A stretch of 64,000 nucleotides of DNA, from NCBI RefSeq assembly GCF_036321535.1, contig NC_087447.1, forward strand, positions 32,676,001 through 32,740,000, given 5' to 3'. Below are positions 38,506 to 50,793 of the stretch, piece by piece. The translations under genes were made by a program, and so were the position numbers. Numbering within the stretch: position 1 is the stretch's first letter; each line of letters begins with the position of its first letter. This DNA comes from Camelus dromedarius (lineage: Eukaryota). Under the pieces are notes generated by a model that was not told where the DNA came from, ran no database searches, and saw nothing but the letters and a program-made list of their open reading frames with translations.

Positions 38506-39834
38506 CTAGTAAAAAAGACAAATCAACAGGAGACCATTCCTACTCTATTCAACTAAGTATGTACATTTAAATGGCTGGGTTTTAAAAATTATTTTCAATA
38601 ATTCCTCCATGTTGCTATGCCGTCAAATTGACTCACATTTAGGTTCACTTCTTTTTTTTTCCCCTTCTGATTTTAGGGGTCGGTTTTTTTTTTTTTAATT
38701 TGGTTTCAGAATTATGTAAATTATGTACCTTATATCAGATTCAAATTTATAAAACGAAGTACATCTAAGAAACTTTATCTTTTATGGCTGCTCCTACTCT
38801 AGGGGCAGATTTGATCTGTAGGTTGTTAGCATACCAGAGCCCTTTCTTTTTTGATGCCTACCTTTATTAAAGTCCTAACGACATTGGATTGTGATTCTTG
38901 AATGTTTCTGCTTCTCTCTTAATCTCTCCTCAATGACAGAAATAATGTCTTGTTTTTCTTTCTGTCTTCAATGCTTAGCTCAGATATTCACTCGTTTAAT
39001 TATTTATGAGTTCAGAAAATGTTTACTTAGTGCCTACAATATGCTAGGACTCGGGGGCATGATAAGGAGAAGACAGACATGGCTCCTGAATTTACAGAGC
39101 CTACATTCTCACAGAAAAGGCAGTCTTCTGAAGGATAACTATGAAAAAGTGTGGAAAATATTGCAGAAGAGGAAGAAAGTGCTCTATAAATGCTCATTCA
39201 AATTAATGTTTTTTGGTTATTTTTTGCTGCCAAAAGCATTGCTTAAATAATTCTTATTAATTTACCTCTATAAGGTTGAATATGACTTGAAATAGAACCT
39301 GAAATTACTTGTCTTGCTGAATTTGTGTGTACAAAATTTCCTAATTTTTTTCCCACTTTTGAACTGACAGTGACCAATCACATCATTGTCATTAGGAGCA
39401 GAGGTGGTCTGGGGATTCTGGAGTTTTTCAGATGACACTCTGCAGTGTCACTGCACAAGTCAACCACATGTAAGCAGCAGAAAGAACATCAGATTAGATG
39501 GGGACAAGGGGCAAGAGTAATAAACATGGAAATTAACCAAAAAAGCCAGCGCAGTTCAACAGATTAAATCTGTTTATTTCTTACAGGAGGAGCTCGGATC
39601 CCTTCAGTCACAGAAGTTAATCGGGAGCAGGAGCAAAGTAAGACTATTCAATTATTCATGGACACACGTCAGTAACAAGCAATTACTGCATTTGGTTATA
39701 GGGACGCAGTTGGCATTGAACATGGAACCAGATGTCTTTACAGGAACCTATACAACCTCCAGAAGAAGATAACATCAATGTCTAATTACCATTGCATCCA
39801 ATCTGCATATCCTGACAGTGTAATCCAGAATTTC

Positions 39835-40098
39835 TTAATTCTTCTCAATTCTGGCTACACATTAAACTCACCTGGGATCCTAAAATAAATAATACATATG
39901 CATATATATGTATTTTATTATACACACACACACACACACACACACACAGGTAAAGAATTTCTATATATCTCATAGACACCATCCCTCGAGGAATCTAATT
40001 TAATCGATCTAATTAGCCTTGGTGGGGACTGGGCGTCATGTTTTTTAAAATCTCTCAGTGAGTCCTTCCAATGTGCTGCTAGGGTTGAGAATAACTGA
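39835..40098. mobile_element. MER5-type hAT fragments with (CA)n insertion
   Basis: ttctcaattctggctacacattaaactcacctgg ... ccaatgtgctgctagggttgagaataactg; (CA)n at about 39922-39948. Confidence 0.7.
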
Positions 40099-40361
40099 GG
40101 CAGCCACTTGAGATCGCCTTTAGACGAAAACAATGAGTAGCATCTCATTAACATTTACTTAACCTCTTTACTATTTGCATTACAATGATAGTGAGCTAAA
40201 ATTCCCACCGGGGGTCATTCCTGGAGCACTTTTGTTGGTATTCATAAGTACAAACGTGACCTCTAGTACTAACTCATTCTGCAGTTCTGAGGACGTCGTT
40301 TTACCTCTTAGATAAAAGATACCTCAATTTCCTCATCTGCAAAAAGGAGGCATTGGTCTGG

Positions 40362-41120
40362 ATGAGAGTCACAAACATAAATGCCTACAGAAGAATTTAA
40401 AAGTAGAGTGTGGACTCTGGAGTCAGGTGGCTTAGATTCAAGTACCGGTTCCACTAACATGTGAACTTGGCTAAGCTGCTTAATTTCTTTCTGCCTTAGT
40501 TTCCATTTCTATAAAATGGAAATAGTTTTACTGGCGCATAGTGTTGTTGTGAAGGTTAAATGAGTAATATATGTGGAATCCTCACCAACAGAGCCTGCTG
40601 GTGTGATTGCTATCATTTGCAAAATAGCTTAGTCTATAAGCTTACAGTTTATAGCTTACAAGCATGCGCTGTGGAAATAAACTTCTACTGTGTCTCACTC
40701 ATGATAGTTTATTTGTTCTGTGTGCTCCTTCAGCCTTAACTTACTCTGAGTAAAACACTCTTCATCATCGGTTGTAGGGTTAAACAGTTAACTTAGGTAA
40801 AGCACTTAGAACACTGGCAAATAGCAAGATTCCCTTAACAATTCAGTTTAACAACCCAATAAATGCCACCTATGGTATTAAGTGTGGGGCATATCAGGTA
40901 AAGCGAGTATCTGAAATGATAGGAAGGTTCATATTCCACCTAAAAGGGGAAGCTAGAATTCAGTCAAGCTTGAACTGATTTTTGCCATGCCAGATCTTCT
41001 GATCTTTTTCAGAAAAAGATTTTTATCTGAAATCTTTGGATTCATAATATTGACCACTAGAGAAATCATTTTAAAATAATCACATTGAACAGGTCTGATA
41101 TCGCCAGTTTGCAACTTCTG
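40362..41120. mobile_element. MER102-like hAT-Charlie element interrupted by MIRs (about 40400-40830)
   Basis: gtcacaaacataaatgcctacag left end; gccagatcttctgat...gatttttatctgaaatct...cgccagtttgcaacttctg right end. Confidence 0.65.
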
Positions 41121-41200
41121 CTCTAAATTTTGGGGGGACCCTTTAGCTGGAGGAACATGTGGCTGCAGTGCTCAAATCCTCCCCAAGTGGTGTAGTAACA

Positions 41201-41378
41201 CAGTGGTTCTCCAAATGTGGTCCGTGGACCAGCAGCATCAGCATTACCTGAGAATTTGTTCCATATGGAAGATCCTGCAGGCCCACTGAGCCAGAAACTC
41301 TGGGAGTGGGGCCCAGCAATCTGTGTTTACCAAGCCCTCCAGGGAATTCTGATGCTTGCTCAGTCACTGAACCTACTG
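41201..41378. mobile_element. MER5A hAT-Charlie MITE
   Basis: cagtggttctc...gtggtccgtggaccagcagcatcagcattacctg...gaaactctgggagtggggcccagcaatctgtgttt; gtgtagta present on both flanks. Confidence 0.92.
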
Positions 41379-42329
41379 GTGTAGTAGAAAGAGCATGATC
41401 TTTGAAACGGATTCAAATCCCAGCTCCCTAACGCAGATGCGATGCAGCCTAGGCGAAGGTCAGTGAGGTCTCGAAGCTGGGATCTAGCACAGAGAGGCTG
41501 GGAAGACTAAACACAAATTGGCCCTTTCAATTTGGCCTTTTTTTCCTGTTTCCATGAGAAAAGTCACAATCTTCCTGCTTATTATTCCGTTACTTTTAGG
41601 ATAATAATCCTGGTATCAAAAATGCTCAACCACTACATTCTAGGAGTCCAATTCAATTTTAGCCTACACATGCATGAAAAGAATGTCTCCCCCTAAAAAC
41701 ATTAATCTCTTATGGCTTCTGGAAAGCTCTCAAAACTCCAGAGCAGTTAAGTCCTGGTGCCTTGGCTTGTGTCATTTCAGACTCTTATTTACAGTGAATT
41801 TTCCTTCGAGATTATTAAACTTCTTATCTGTGAACCCATAGTTCTCTTTTCTATTCTTACTTTTAGGACATGTCTGATTTTATTTTCTTGTATTTTGTTG
41901 CAAAACACCAAAATAGTGAACTTATTCATCTAGTGATTTAGACCATTCTAGTAAAGAATATAAAGAAAATAAAAAACAACTCTGCTATCCTAGGCCACAT
42001 GGAAGATACAAAAAAAGTGCAAGCGCCTTAATCTACCTTGGCCTCCTGCCTTTAGGAGAGAAGACACACAGTGAGTAGAGAGAAAGGAGAGGCATAGAAT
42101 GCACACACTCAGGGCTGCAAAAGATTGCAAAAGGCATCCAGTCCTATCATTCCCAAATGTGAATATTCTATGAGAATTAGCTGGAAAGAGGTCTATTTTT
42201 TTTTAAAAAATACAAATTATTGGGCAATACTACAAATTTACTAAGTCGTGGACTGTTAAAGTGGAAGCTCAGAATTTGATTTTTAAGCTCTGGTACAATA
42301 GGCTGGTATTTGGAAATCTTAATTTAGCC

Positions 42330-43330
42330 ATTCCTGCTTGTATAATCCTTGAGCCCCAACAAGCAGTCTTCCAGTCTCCAACTGGAAAACAGAGAGAAGG
42401 GAACTCAGTACCAGGAGAGTAACACAGTGCTGTGTGCATGAACGTGGGTTCTGGGACAGACTGCCTCCTCCCTAATCATGGCTCTGCCACTGTCGCTGCA
42501 TAACCGTGAACAAGCCTCTATCTTTCACGCCCCTCGGCGCTTTAGGGGCAAAGTGGGGCTGATGCATGTTTTAGTACCTGCGTCAGTTTCCCACGGCTGC
42601 CATAACAAATTACCACAAATTTAGTGGCTTAAAATAATAGACGTGTAACCTCTCACATTTCTAGAGGCCAGAAGTCAGGGCAGCAGCAGGGCTGCCTCCC
42701 CTCTGGAAACTCTAAAGGCGGCTCCTATGCCTCTTCCAGCTCTGTCGCTGTCAGTGTTCTAGGCTGCCTTCGCTTATGGTCACATCTCCCCAGTGTTGAT
42801 CCCCTCTTCATGTAGCCTTCTCTATTCTCTGTCTCTCAAAAGGACACTTGTCGCTGGTTTTAGAGACCAGCCTGATAATCACTATGATCTCTTCATCTCA
42901 GTATCCTGAACTAAAAGAAGACTTTTCCACAATAAAGAGCCTCTCATAGGTTTTGAGCACTAGGATAAGGATATGTCTTTTGGGAGCCCATCATTCAATC
43001 CATTAAAATACCCAAAAGGATAAAGCTTACAGTAAAAGTGCTTAGTATGTGCTTGGTACATAGTAGGTACTCTAGAAATATTATTCCCAGTTCCCGATGC
43101 AGTCTCTTCCACATTTGGGGAGCTTCGCTCTAGAAATCTCTGCTTTATCTTGAATTAAAATGACCCTCTATCACATTCGCTTATTGGCCCTGGTCCTGCT
43201 CTCCGGGTCAGTTAGGACAGCCAGACTGAATCTTCCACGTGCCAGTCCTTACATAGTTTGAAAGTACAGTTCACGTTTTCACACGGCAAGCACAGTCCAC
43301 AGTCTTTTCTCTTTACTCACCGTAAGGAAG
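42330..43330 (-). mobile_element. L3/CR1 fragment split by a MIR that is itself split by MLT1
   Basis: ccagtctc...gggaactcagtacc | ttcccgatgcagtctcttccac...agaaatctctgctttatcttgaattaaaa reads as continuous reverse L3 across the inserts. Confidence 0.55.
42579..43007 (-). mobile_element. MLT1C-like LTR with 5-bp TSD
   Basis: tgcgtcagtttcc..ggctgccataacaaattaccacaaatttagtggcttaaa...aaggacacttgtc...tatgtcttttggg...attcaatccatt; TSD gtacc/atacc. Confidence 0.9.
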
Positions 43331-44177
43331 TAACTCCAACCTCACCTCTCCTTATTCCTTTCTTCTCCATATCTGCCTCCAACACTGGGAACTAGTTTTG
43401 TTTCATATAATTGAGTTTGGAATGGCATTCCAAAGACCTCTGTCATAAGTAAATAGTCTGTTCATCTGTGAAGTTTTCCATCCTAAAGATAAGAAGGCTG
43501 CATCCAGGACAAAGTGTGGACAGTTAATAATTGGAGCTATAATAATATGAAATTCTAGGTCTGAAATAGTGAATTTACTTGAAGAAATTAAGATAAGATG
43601 AAATGGTCAGAAGAGAGGGTAAAGATCTAATCCAACATTATCTGAAACTTTAAGATTAATATGACTTGTCTTGAGAAATAATATAAAGAGACAACTTTGA
43701 TAAAAAGTAACTTTTTGGATACTAGACTAGATATGTGAAGACCCAAATAAAAAAAGTAAGATCAAAATATTAATAATAAATAAAAGTTTTTTGTTTTTTT
43801 TTTTTCATTCTTGAGTTTCCCATCACACAGCGTAAGTATTGGACCACACAAGGGACCAGACCTGTTGGGTGTGGGAAAAAGTAAGAGTTGAATTTCTAGA
43901 CTAGTTCCCATGCCTTAATATTCCCACCTCGGGACAATCCTCCTCTACCCTCCAGATGATCACCTTGACCAATGATTTTACCAAAAGTGACACTATCAGA
44001 CCATAGCCTCTGCTAAGACACACTGTCCTCTCTCAAACCGGTTGATTTTTCTTGCACTCACTCCATGTATCTTTCCATCTATTTAATTCCCCTGGTGATC
44101 ATTTCCCACCAGTTGTACTTAGCAGCCAATGTGCACAGTGAAATCGAGCAAAAGCTCTAGGCCAACATTCGTGGAGC

Positions 44178-44468
44178 GAAAGAGACAGGGAAAGAGTCAA
44201 GGTGAGAGAGGAGCAGGGTTGGAGAGAGGAGGAAAGGGGAGAGAGAAGAGAAAGAAAGGAGAATGGGAAATCAAGGTAAAGACTGGCTGGGAGGGAAAAG
44301 ATAAGGGTGAGAGAAGGTGGAAGGAGTGACAGAGACAGAGAGGAGGGAGAGGAATAGAGATGGGGTAGAAAGAGGGAGAAAGGGAGGGTTTTGTGGAGGA
44401 AGATTTAGGAAGAGAGACTAGAGAGGAGACATAGGAGAAGGGAAAGGAGAGACAGAGAGAAAGAGAAA
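44178..44468. repeat. Purine-rich (GA) low-complexity tract
   Basis: Directly visible. Confidence 0.85.
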
Positions 44469-45384
44469 CTCGAATAGCACCCTAACTCCTGTCACTTTTA
44501 TTGGGGTTTACACTGGATAAATGATGTTTTAACAGCCCTTTATTCTCCTACCAAGTTTGAAACCAATTGAGAGATAGTCACTGGAGTTAGGCAGACAGAA
44601 ATCAAAATGTCAACTTGATACTGGCTAAAACCAAGTGACAAATCTGGCTTTTCATCTGCATCCCACCCAGTGTTGGGCTTCCCCCATCCTTCCACAGACT
44701 GGGCTGGATACCTGTAGCAACAGCCGCTCCCACTCCTAGGGGCAGACTTTGTCCGACACTCACCACACAAGCTTGCTGAAGGTAGGAAGCTGCACAGGAG
44801 AGCCTAAAAGACTCTTCCTTTTCACAGATAAGCCACCCTTCCTCCTCTGGGTGGAATGCCCACTGGGCAGGGTGGCGGGGGAGATAGGAGGGTTACCCTA
44901 AAGGAACTTAAGAAAAGTTATCCTTTTAACAACTTTGTATTGAAATATCCTGTTGTTTTATTTGGCTCCAGATCTCAGGGACCCTAAAGTGCTGGGCCTG
45001 TACTTTGTTCATCACTTTTCTCCCCAGCATGTAGCATTGGCTCTAGCATATGGGAGAGACTTGGTAAGTAAGTTCTTGTTGAAAAATGACTGATCCCAGT
45101 CTGTCCAAGGTTTGAAAGGGAAGAGAGTGAGCAACAAGGTAGTGGACTAACGCAAAAAGCTGAGACTTCAGGACTGGAACAAACTGGGGTAAAGTTTTAG
45201 TTCTAACAGTTAGGAGCTGTGTTCCTTAAAAATAACACCCATTGTAATGAAAAAAAATGTGATTGAAAACAACAAGAGAAATTTGGCAGAGAGTGGTCAC
45301 CTGTAATGGACATTTGGTTCCCTCTCATTCTTTTTTTTCAATTTTGGGGCGTTTAATATTCAGATATCTTTTATTTTCAGGATA

Positions 45385-45800
45385 AATTCCAAGAGAGGTA
45401 GAATCCAGGGCTTCTTCCCACTGTGAAAATTGGTGGAAGGTCAGATGGACCTGCATTCACCTCCATAGCCACCAGGGCAAGGGCATGTAGCCTAAGCCGG
45501 GGTGATCAGTTAGATGCCTCTGCCTGAGTCTGTCAATGAAAGCAGGTGGAGGGAAGGTTAGACATTGTTCATGATGGCAGCGGCAAAGTCCACCACCCCA
45601 TGGCATGACAGTGAGATCAGAGGTGATCTAGCAGTGAGATCTTCTCATGAATTCTAACCACTCTTTCAGTGGCATGACTTTAGCTGTGTTTTTTAGCTGC
45701 TGCCCATTTCCTAACTTCATTTCTCTACCTTCCCATGTGGTCTTTGTGTTACTCAATGTCTTTTAATAAAGTCCTTTTCAGCTTAAGTTGTCTAGAGTTA
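45385..45800 (+). mobile_element. Old MLT1 (J/K-like) LTR
   Basis: gggcatgtagcctaagc...tcag..agatgcctctgcctg...ttttaataaagtccttttcagcttaagttgtctagagt. Confidence 0.6.
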
Positions 45801-48029
45801 TGAAGTAAGTATGTCATTCGAAAATAGTAAATAAAAATTCTTAAGGAGGACAAAAGGATAGCTGGTCTAATTCTTTCTGTTACAATTCAGGAAGCATTAA
45901 CAGATAGCAGATATTCCATCAGCAACTGTCTTCCCATTGGGAACCTGCACACCTGGAGAGCGTTAGGCAACTTTGTCCAAAATCCTACCAGGAATAAGAG
46001 ACTCAGTTAACATGACTCTCCATCGATCTCCTTGATCAGTTCCAAGAAGGACAGGAGCCCTGACAGTTCCCACCAAAGTTTCTCTGTGTTGAATTTATAA
46101 TTCCTTATACTTTGAAACACAGATTTGAGATTGCACTGCTTTGAGCAGTGTAATGAAGTCAAAGCTATCACGTGGAAGCATCTCAGTAAATATTACCGTC
46201 GTATCTACCATCCTGTAGCAAGTCAGGGACAGAATAAGTAGGCCTGCAACACAGCAAAGCTTCAACTCACAGATGCACGTGTAGGACGTGATGGTGTAGG
46301 TAGAAGAAAGTGGTGACAGAGGAAATATATGTAGTTTTTCTAAAATTAAGCCACCTGTATTCTAGGACAGTAGTGTTTATGTGAAGAAGTTTTTGTATGT
46401 ACAGTCACAGAATAAATTCATTAAAATGTATTCATGGAGATAAAGGTGAGGAGAGAATATTTGTTCCCTAAAAAGAATAAATAGCACCTTGCAACCATCC
46501 TTCATGTGATCTATAATTTGTCTCTGGTGGTCAGTGAAAATGTGGCCAAGTTGACTGAGTTTTAGTTTACTTCCTTAGTAAATTCAAGGTCATTGCTTAG
46601 GTTATGGGAAATATTTATCTTTTTACTGACAACAAGGCAAAGAATAAGATCTTCACCGGATGCTGCTTGAACTCCTTAGAAAAAGCTCCACTTTGACATC
46701 AGGGCTGGGGTGCTGAGTCTCATTAAGACAGTCAAGAATTGTTCCGGCAGTTCAGGATAACTGAGATTTGAAGCATCATGAGGATGGACCCTGCTGTGCT
46801 AACAGCAAGTGGGACCAACTCAGCTCTTCCAATAAAGCCTGTTGTAGAAGTGAAACTGCTAGAGAAGAGCAATCTGGCCTTTTAGAGCAGAAGTTCAAAC
46901 AAGGTTGGAAGTCAAAGAAAGTCAAAGAAAGAAGCTCATTATAAAAATCTATACCCCTTGGGTGATGCTTTTGTGTACATTCATCAGCTGCATGCAATAT
47001 TTAATTAAATGTGTTCTCTCACCTCTAGCTATTTTTTATGCTGAATTAAAACTGCAATAGGACAGTAAAAACAGTGGAATTAATTCAGGGCCTCTATTCC
47101 AGAAACTGTGTGTTGTATAAAGTCAAGTGCTAATCATAAATGCTGGCTCAGAAAGTCCTTCTTGTCAGGTGGGGGAACTTGTAGGTCGTCCAGCCTTCAG
47201 AAAGCTGTAGGGCAGCTTGGGCTAGTAGAGTTGATGGCCTAGAAAATAATAAAGTGATCCATCCCCGGGGTGAGGAGGGGCCTCAGGGACACAGGCAGCT
47301 TCACATAATGATGAAAACAGTGTCAATGAATCTAATTCTTGCTGCAGGTAACAAACTAGGGTCATTGCCTCTAGGACACTTCTCCTCCCCATCCTGGGTT
47401 AAGTAATGTGCCTTTGCTATATACCACTTTAGCAAGCTATAATTCTACTAAATTCATATTCGTTTTTCTTCTCATAGCTCTCTATTGAAGGCAAGGAATG
47501 CATATATTCTGTTCTTGTATTCCTAGTGCTTATAACATCTTGCCCAGAATAGATACTCAGATAATTACTGAAGAAAGGAAAAGCAGAAGGAAGGAAAGAT
47601 GAAAAGAGGGAAGGGGAGGGTGGGGAGGGGGAAAGGAAGAACCCAAAATGTATCTAGGTCTGGAGTCTGCATCAGAAAGGTCCAGGAATCAGTGAGTTTT
47701 CAAGAGGCAAGATGGATAGTTGCATGTAGAGATAAACGGAAAGGTATCATCTGCATGGTTTGCAGATTATCTGATTTGGTTGCAGATACATGGCCACTGA
47801 CTAAGATTAAGGAAGAATCTTTCCAGGTCCTGTTAAGAATAATGAGAAAGCAATTCAATCCCCCCAAAGGAGGAAAAGGTGGTTGAGACAATGCCCATGT
47901 GGTTGACATCAGGAATAAGGTGGAGGTTCAAGTAGTTTAATAAGGATGTTGGAGCAGAATCCAGAATTGGACAAGAATCAAGAATAACTTTTTTTATTTT
48001 TGCAGTGTTTTGCTTCTTTATATACTTTA

Positions 48030-48166
48030 TCTTTTTCTTTCTTTTCTTTTTTTGTGGCGGGGGGAGTAATTAGTTTTATATATTTTTAGAGGAGGTACGG
48101 GGGATTGAACCCAGGACCTTGTGCATGCTAGGCACGTGCTTTACCACTTGAGCCATACCCTCCCCC
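48030..48166 (-). mobile_element. Camelid tRNA-derived SINE (Vic-1 type) with extended tail
   Basis: Reverse strand reads GGGGGAGGGTATGGCTCAAGTGGTAAAGCACGTGCCTAGCATGCACAAGGTCCTGGGTTCAATCCCCCGTACCTCC, then an AT-rich linker, ctaattactcccccc and an A-rich tail. Confidence 0.9.
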
Positions 48167-48309
48167 TTTTTATATCCTTCAAATCAACTTACTTTCCAAC
48201 TGCTCTTTTGTTTATTAATGCATTAGTTGTACACAATAAAATCCACTGATTTAGAACTTCTTCTCTTCAAACTCTTAGGAAAAAAAGTCTCAAGCCAAGT
48301 CTTGAGGAA

Positions 48310-48990
48310 GATACTCGAAAATCACCTATGTGATAGAAGTCTGGCGTTCCAAATATATAAAGAACCCCCAAAATGCAGTAATAAAAATAAATGACCCAAG
48401 TAAAAACAGTCAAAAATTTGAACAGACACTTCTTCAAAGAAGATATATAGATAGCAAATATGAACCTGAAAAGATATTCATAATTATTTAGAAATTATGG
48501 AGATGCCACAAAACAAAGCAAACAAACAACAACCCATTTCAAAGATGGGCAAAGAACTTAAAATAGATGTCTCTACCTATGCCCTGTATCTGCTCCCCTC
48601 CCATCTCTAACTCCTGGCAACCACTAGTCATTCTTCATTTCTATCATATTGTCATTTCAAAATATAATACATGTGGAATCATATAGCATGTAGCTTGTAG
48701 GGACTGGCCTTTCTCAATGAGCATCATTTTTTGAAGATTCATCCAAGGTGTTGCTTATATAAATAGTGCATACTTTTTTCCCTGCTGTGTACCTTTTTAC
48801 TGTACTGCTCCATGATACAGATTGACCATAGTTCGTTTAACCATTCACTCGTGAGGGACACCTGGGTTGCTTCCTGTTTAGGGCCACGATGAATGTCTGC
48901 TATGAATATCCGTGCACATTTTTGTGTGAACATAAGATTACATGTCCCTGGAATTAATGCCTAGAAGTACAATTACTAGGTTGTGTGGTA

Positions 48991-49044
<54 letters not shown>

Positions 49045-49215
49045 TTTTTTACAGAAACTGCCAGACGATTTTTCAAAAAGGTTGTTCTATTTTACATTCC
49101 CAGCAGAAATGTATGAATCTATGAACCTGTAGAATCCTGGACTTGGAAATTGCTTTTGGGGACTTTAAAAAAATTATGAATACAATTTCTTTAATAGTTA
49201 TAGGGTATAATTAGA
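48310..49215. mobile_element. Mosaic of old L1 pieces (+ at about 48310-48578, - at about 48579-49215)
   Basis: ttgaacagacacttcttcaaagaagatata (ORF2 end, +) followed by cctggcaaccactag...gaagattcatccaaggtgttgc...gaaactgccaga (reverse). Confidence 0.8.
48995..49050. repeat. Pure (TA)n run followed by a poly(T) run
   Basis: Directly visible. Confidence 0.95.
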
Positions 49216-49631
49216 TGATTAGAAGTCCAATCACTGTCTGGGAGATTGATCAATACAATTAAAAATTTATAGATGGTGAGAGAAGTAGAAGGCAATAATA
49301 GGGAGGAAAAGAGGTTTGCCTTTCATGTAGGAGAAAATAAATGTTTCCGCATCAGAACACTACATATAACTAGGATTATATTGTTTATGTAATACTGTAT
49401 TATCTTTGTTTGCATACCATTGTAATATATGTATTTTTACATATTTGACAAAAATTATTTACAGCATAGGTTTAATAGGTATAGAATATTTTACTGAGTA
49501 AGTATATTAATTTTATGTCTTCCATTATTAATATACTTTGTTATGAGATTTGTGTATTACATATAATTCTATAATAAGCATATTTATATAAACATATATA
49601 TTTTCCCTGGTTTAAAAACATTTGATGATAC

Positions 49632-50153
49632 TGTTACCGGAGAATGGGTTCTTGTCTCACGCAGGAAAGAATTCAAGAGTGAGACATAGTAAAATGAAAG
49701 TAGATTTATTCAGGGAGATACACACTCCATAGACAGAGTGAGGGCTGTCTCAGAAGGCAAGAGGTGGCCCCAGAGCATGGGGTAATCTGGGAAAGTGAGA
49801 TCAGCCATGATGTGTGGGTATGGTTAGTTTCTATGGGCCAGGTAATTTCATATGCTGACAAGTAGGAGGGTTATTCCAACTGTTTTGAGAAAGGGGTGGG
49901 GACTCCCAGGATTTAGGCCACTGCCCACTTTTTGGCCTTTTGTGGCCAGCCTTGGAACTGTCATGGTGCCTGTGGGTCTGTCATTTAGCATTATAATACT
50001 TTACAATCAGCATATCTTGAGGCTTGAAGTCTACTGGAAGTCAAATCTTCCACCATCTTGGGCCAAGTTGCTTCTAACCAGTTTATATCCTATCCCTAAT
50101 TGCTGTGTCATCCTTTTTGATGATTGTGCCCTGTCCCGTTGCTTCCTGTCTTA
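49632..50153 (-). mobile_element. ERV1-class solo LTR, apparently complete
   Basis: Starts tgttacc, has a reverse AATAAA (tttatt) near that end, GC-richer than its flanks, 4-bp TSD-like atac/gtac; resembles cetartiodactyl ERV1 LTRs. Confidence 0.8.
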
Positions 50154-50793
50154 GTACTGTAATTATTTGAAGTAGAATTACTGGATCAAAGAGTATGAAC
50201 CTTGTTATGGTTTTTCATGAATTTGCCAAATCACCTTTCATAAACTTCACACCATTCTATCACCTCACAAATAGTATCTGAGAGCATGCTTTGCACTAAA
50301 CTTTTTATCAAGAGTGAGTGCTGTCTTTGTAAAAATAGCTAATTTGTTAGCAAAAAGCAAATATGTCTTGTCTATATGCATTTATTTGATTATAAGCAAG
50401 AGTGTAAAAATGTGATAATACTATGGCGTGTGTGTGTGTAGTCATTATATCTTATTCTACTTCTCTGTCTTGTCCTTATTTTCATACTGTGATATTTTTC
50501 CTTTGTTTAATTAATTTATATAAGATCTTTATCTGTTAAATATTAATCTTAACTAAACTTTTGGAGAAGAGTGTACCTTTGTTTTTTAGTGTGACTCTTA
50601 AAACCTTTAAAGATAGGTTCTTAGGCACAGGCATTTCACATTTTCATGTTATAAGACTTACTGAATTTTTTCTTTGATAGTTCTCCTGTTGCTTTTCTGC
50701 ATCAGAATTCTCCGTACAGGGAGAAGATGAATAATTATTGGGGTTTTTTCCAAGTGTTTTATGATTTTATTTTTTTAAATGAATATTTTGAAT

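Noticed and set aside
48310..49215. Single twin-primed (inverted) L1 insertion
   Set aside because: No poly(A) or TSD pair found and the pieces repeat the same ORF2 region; independent fragments are more plausible.
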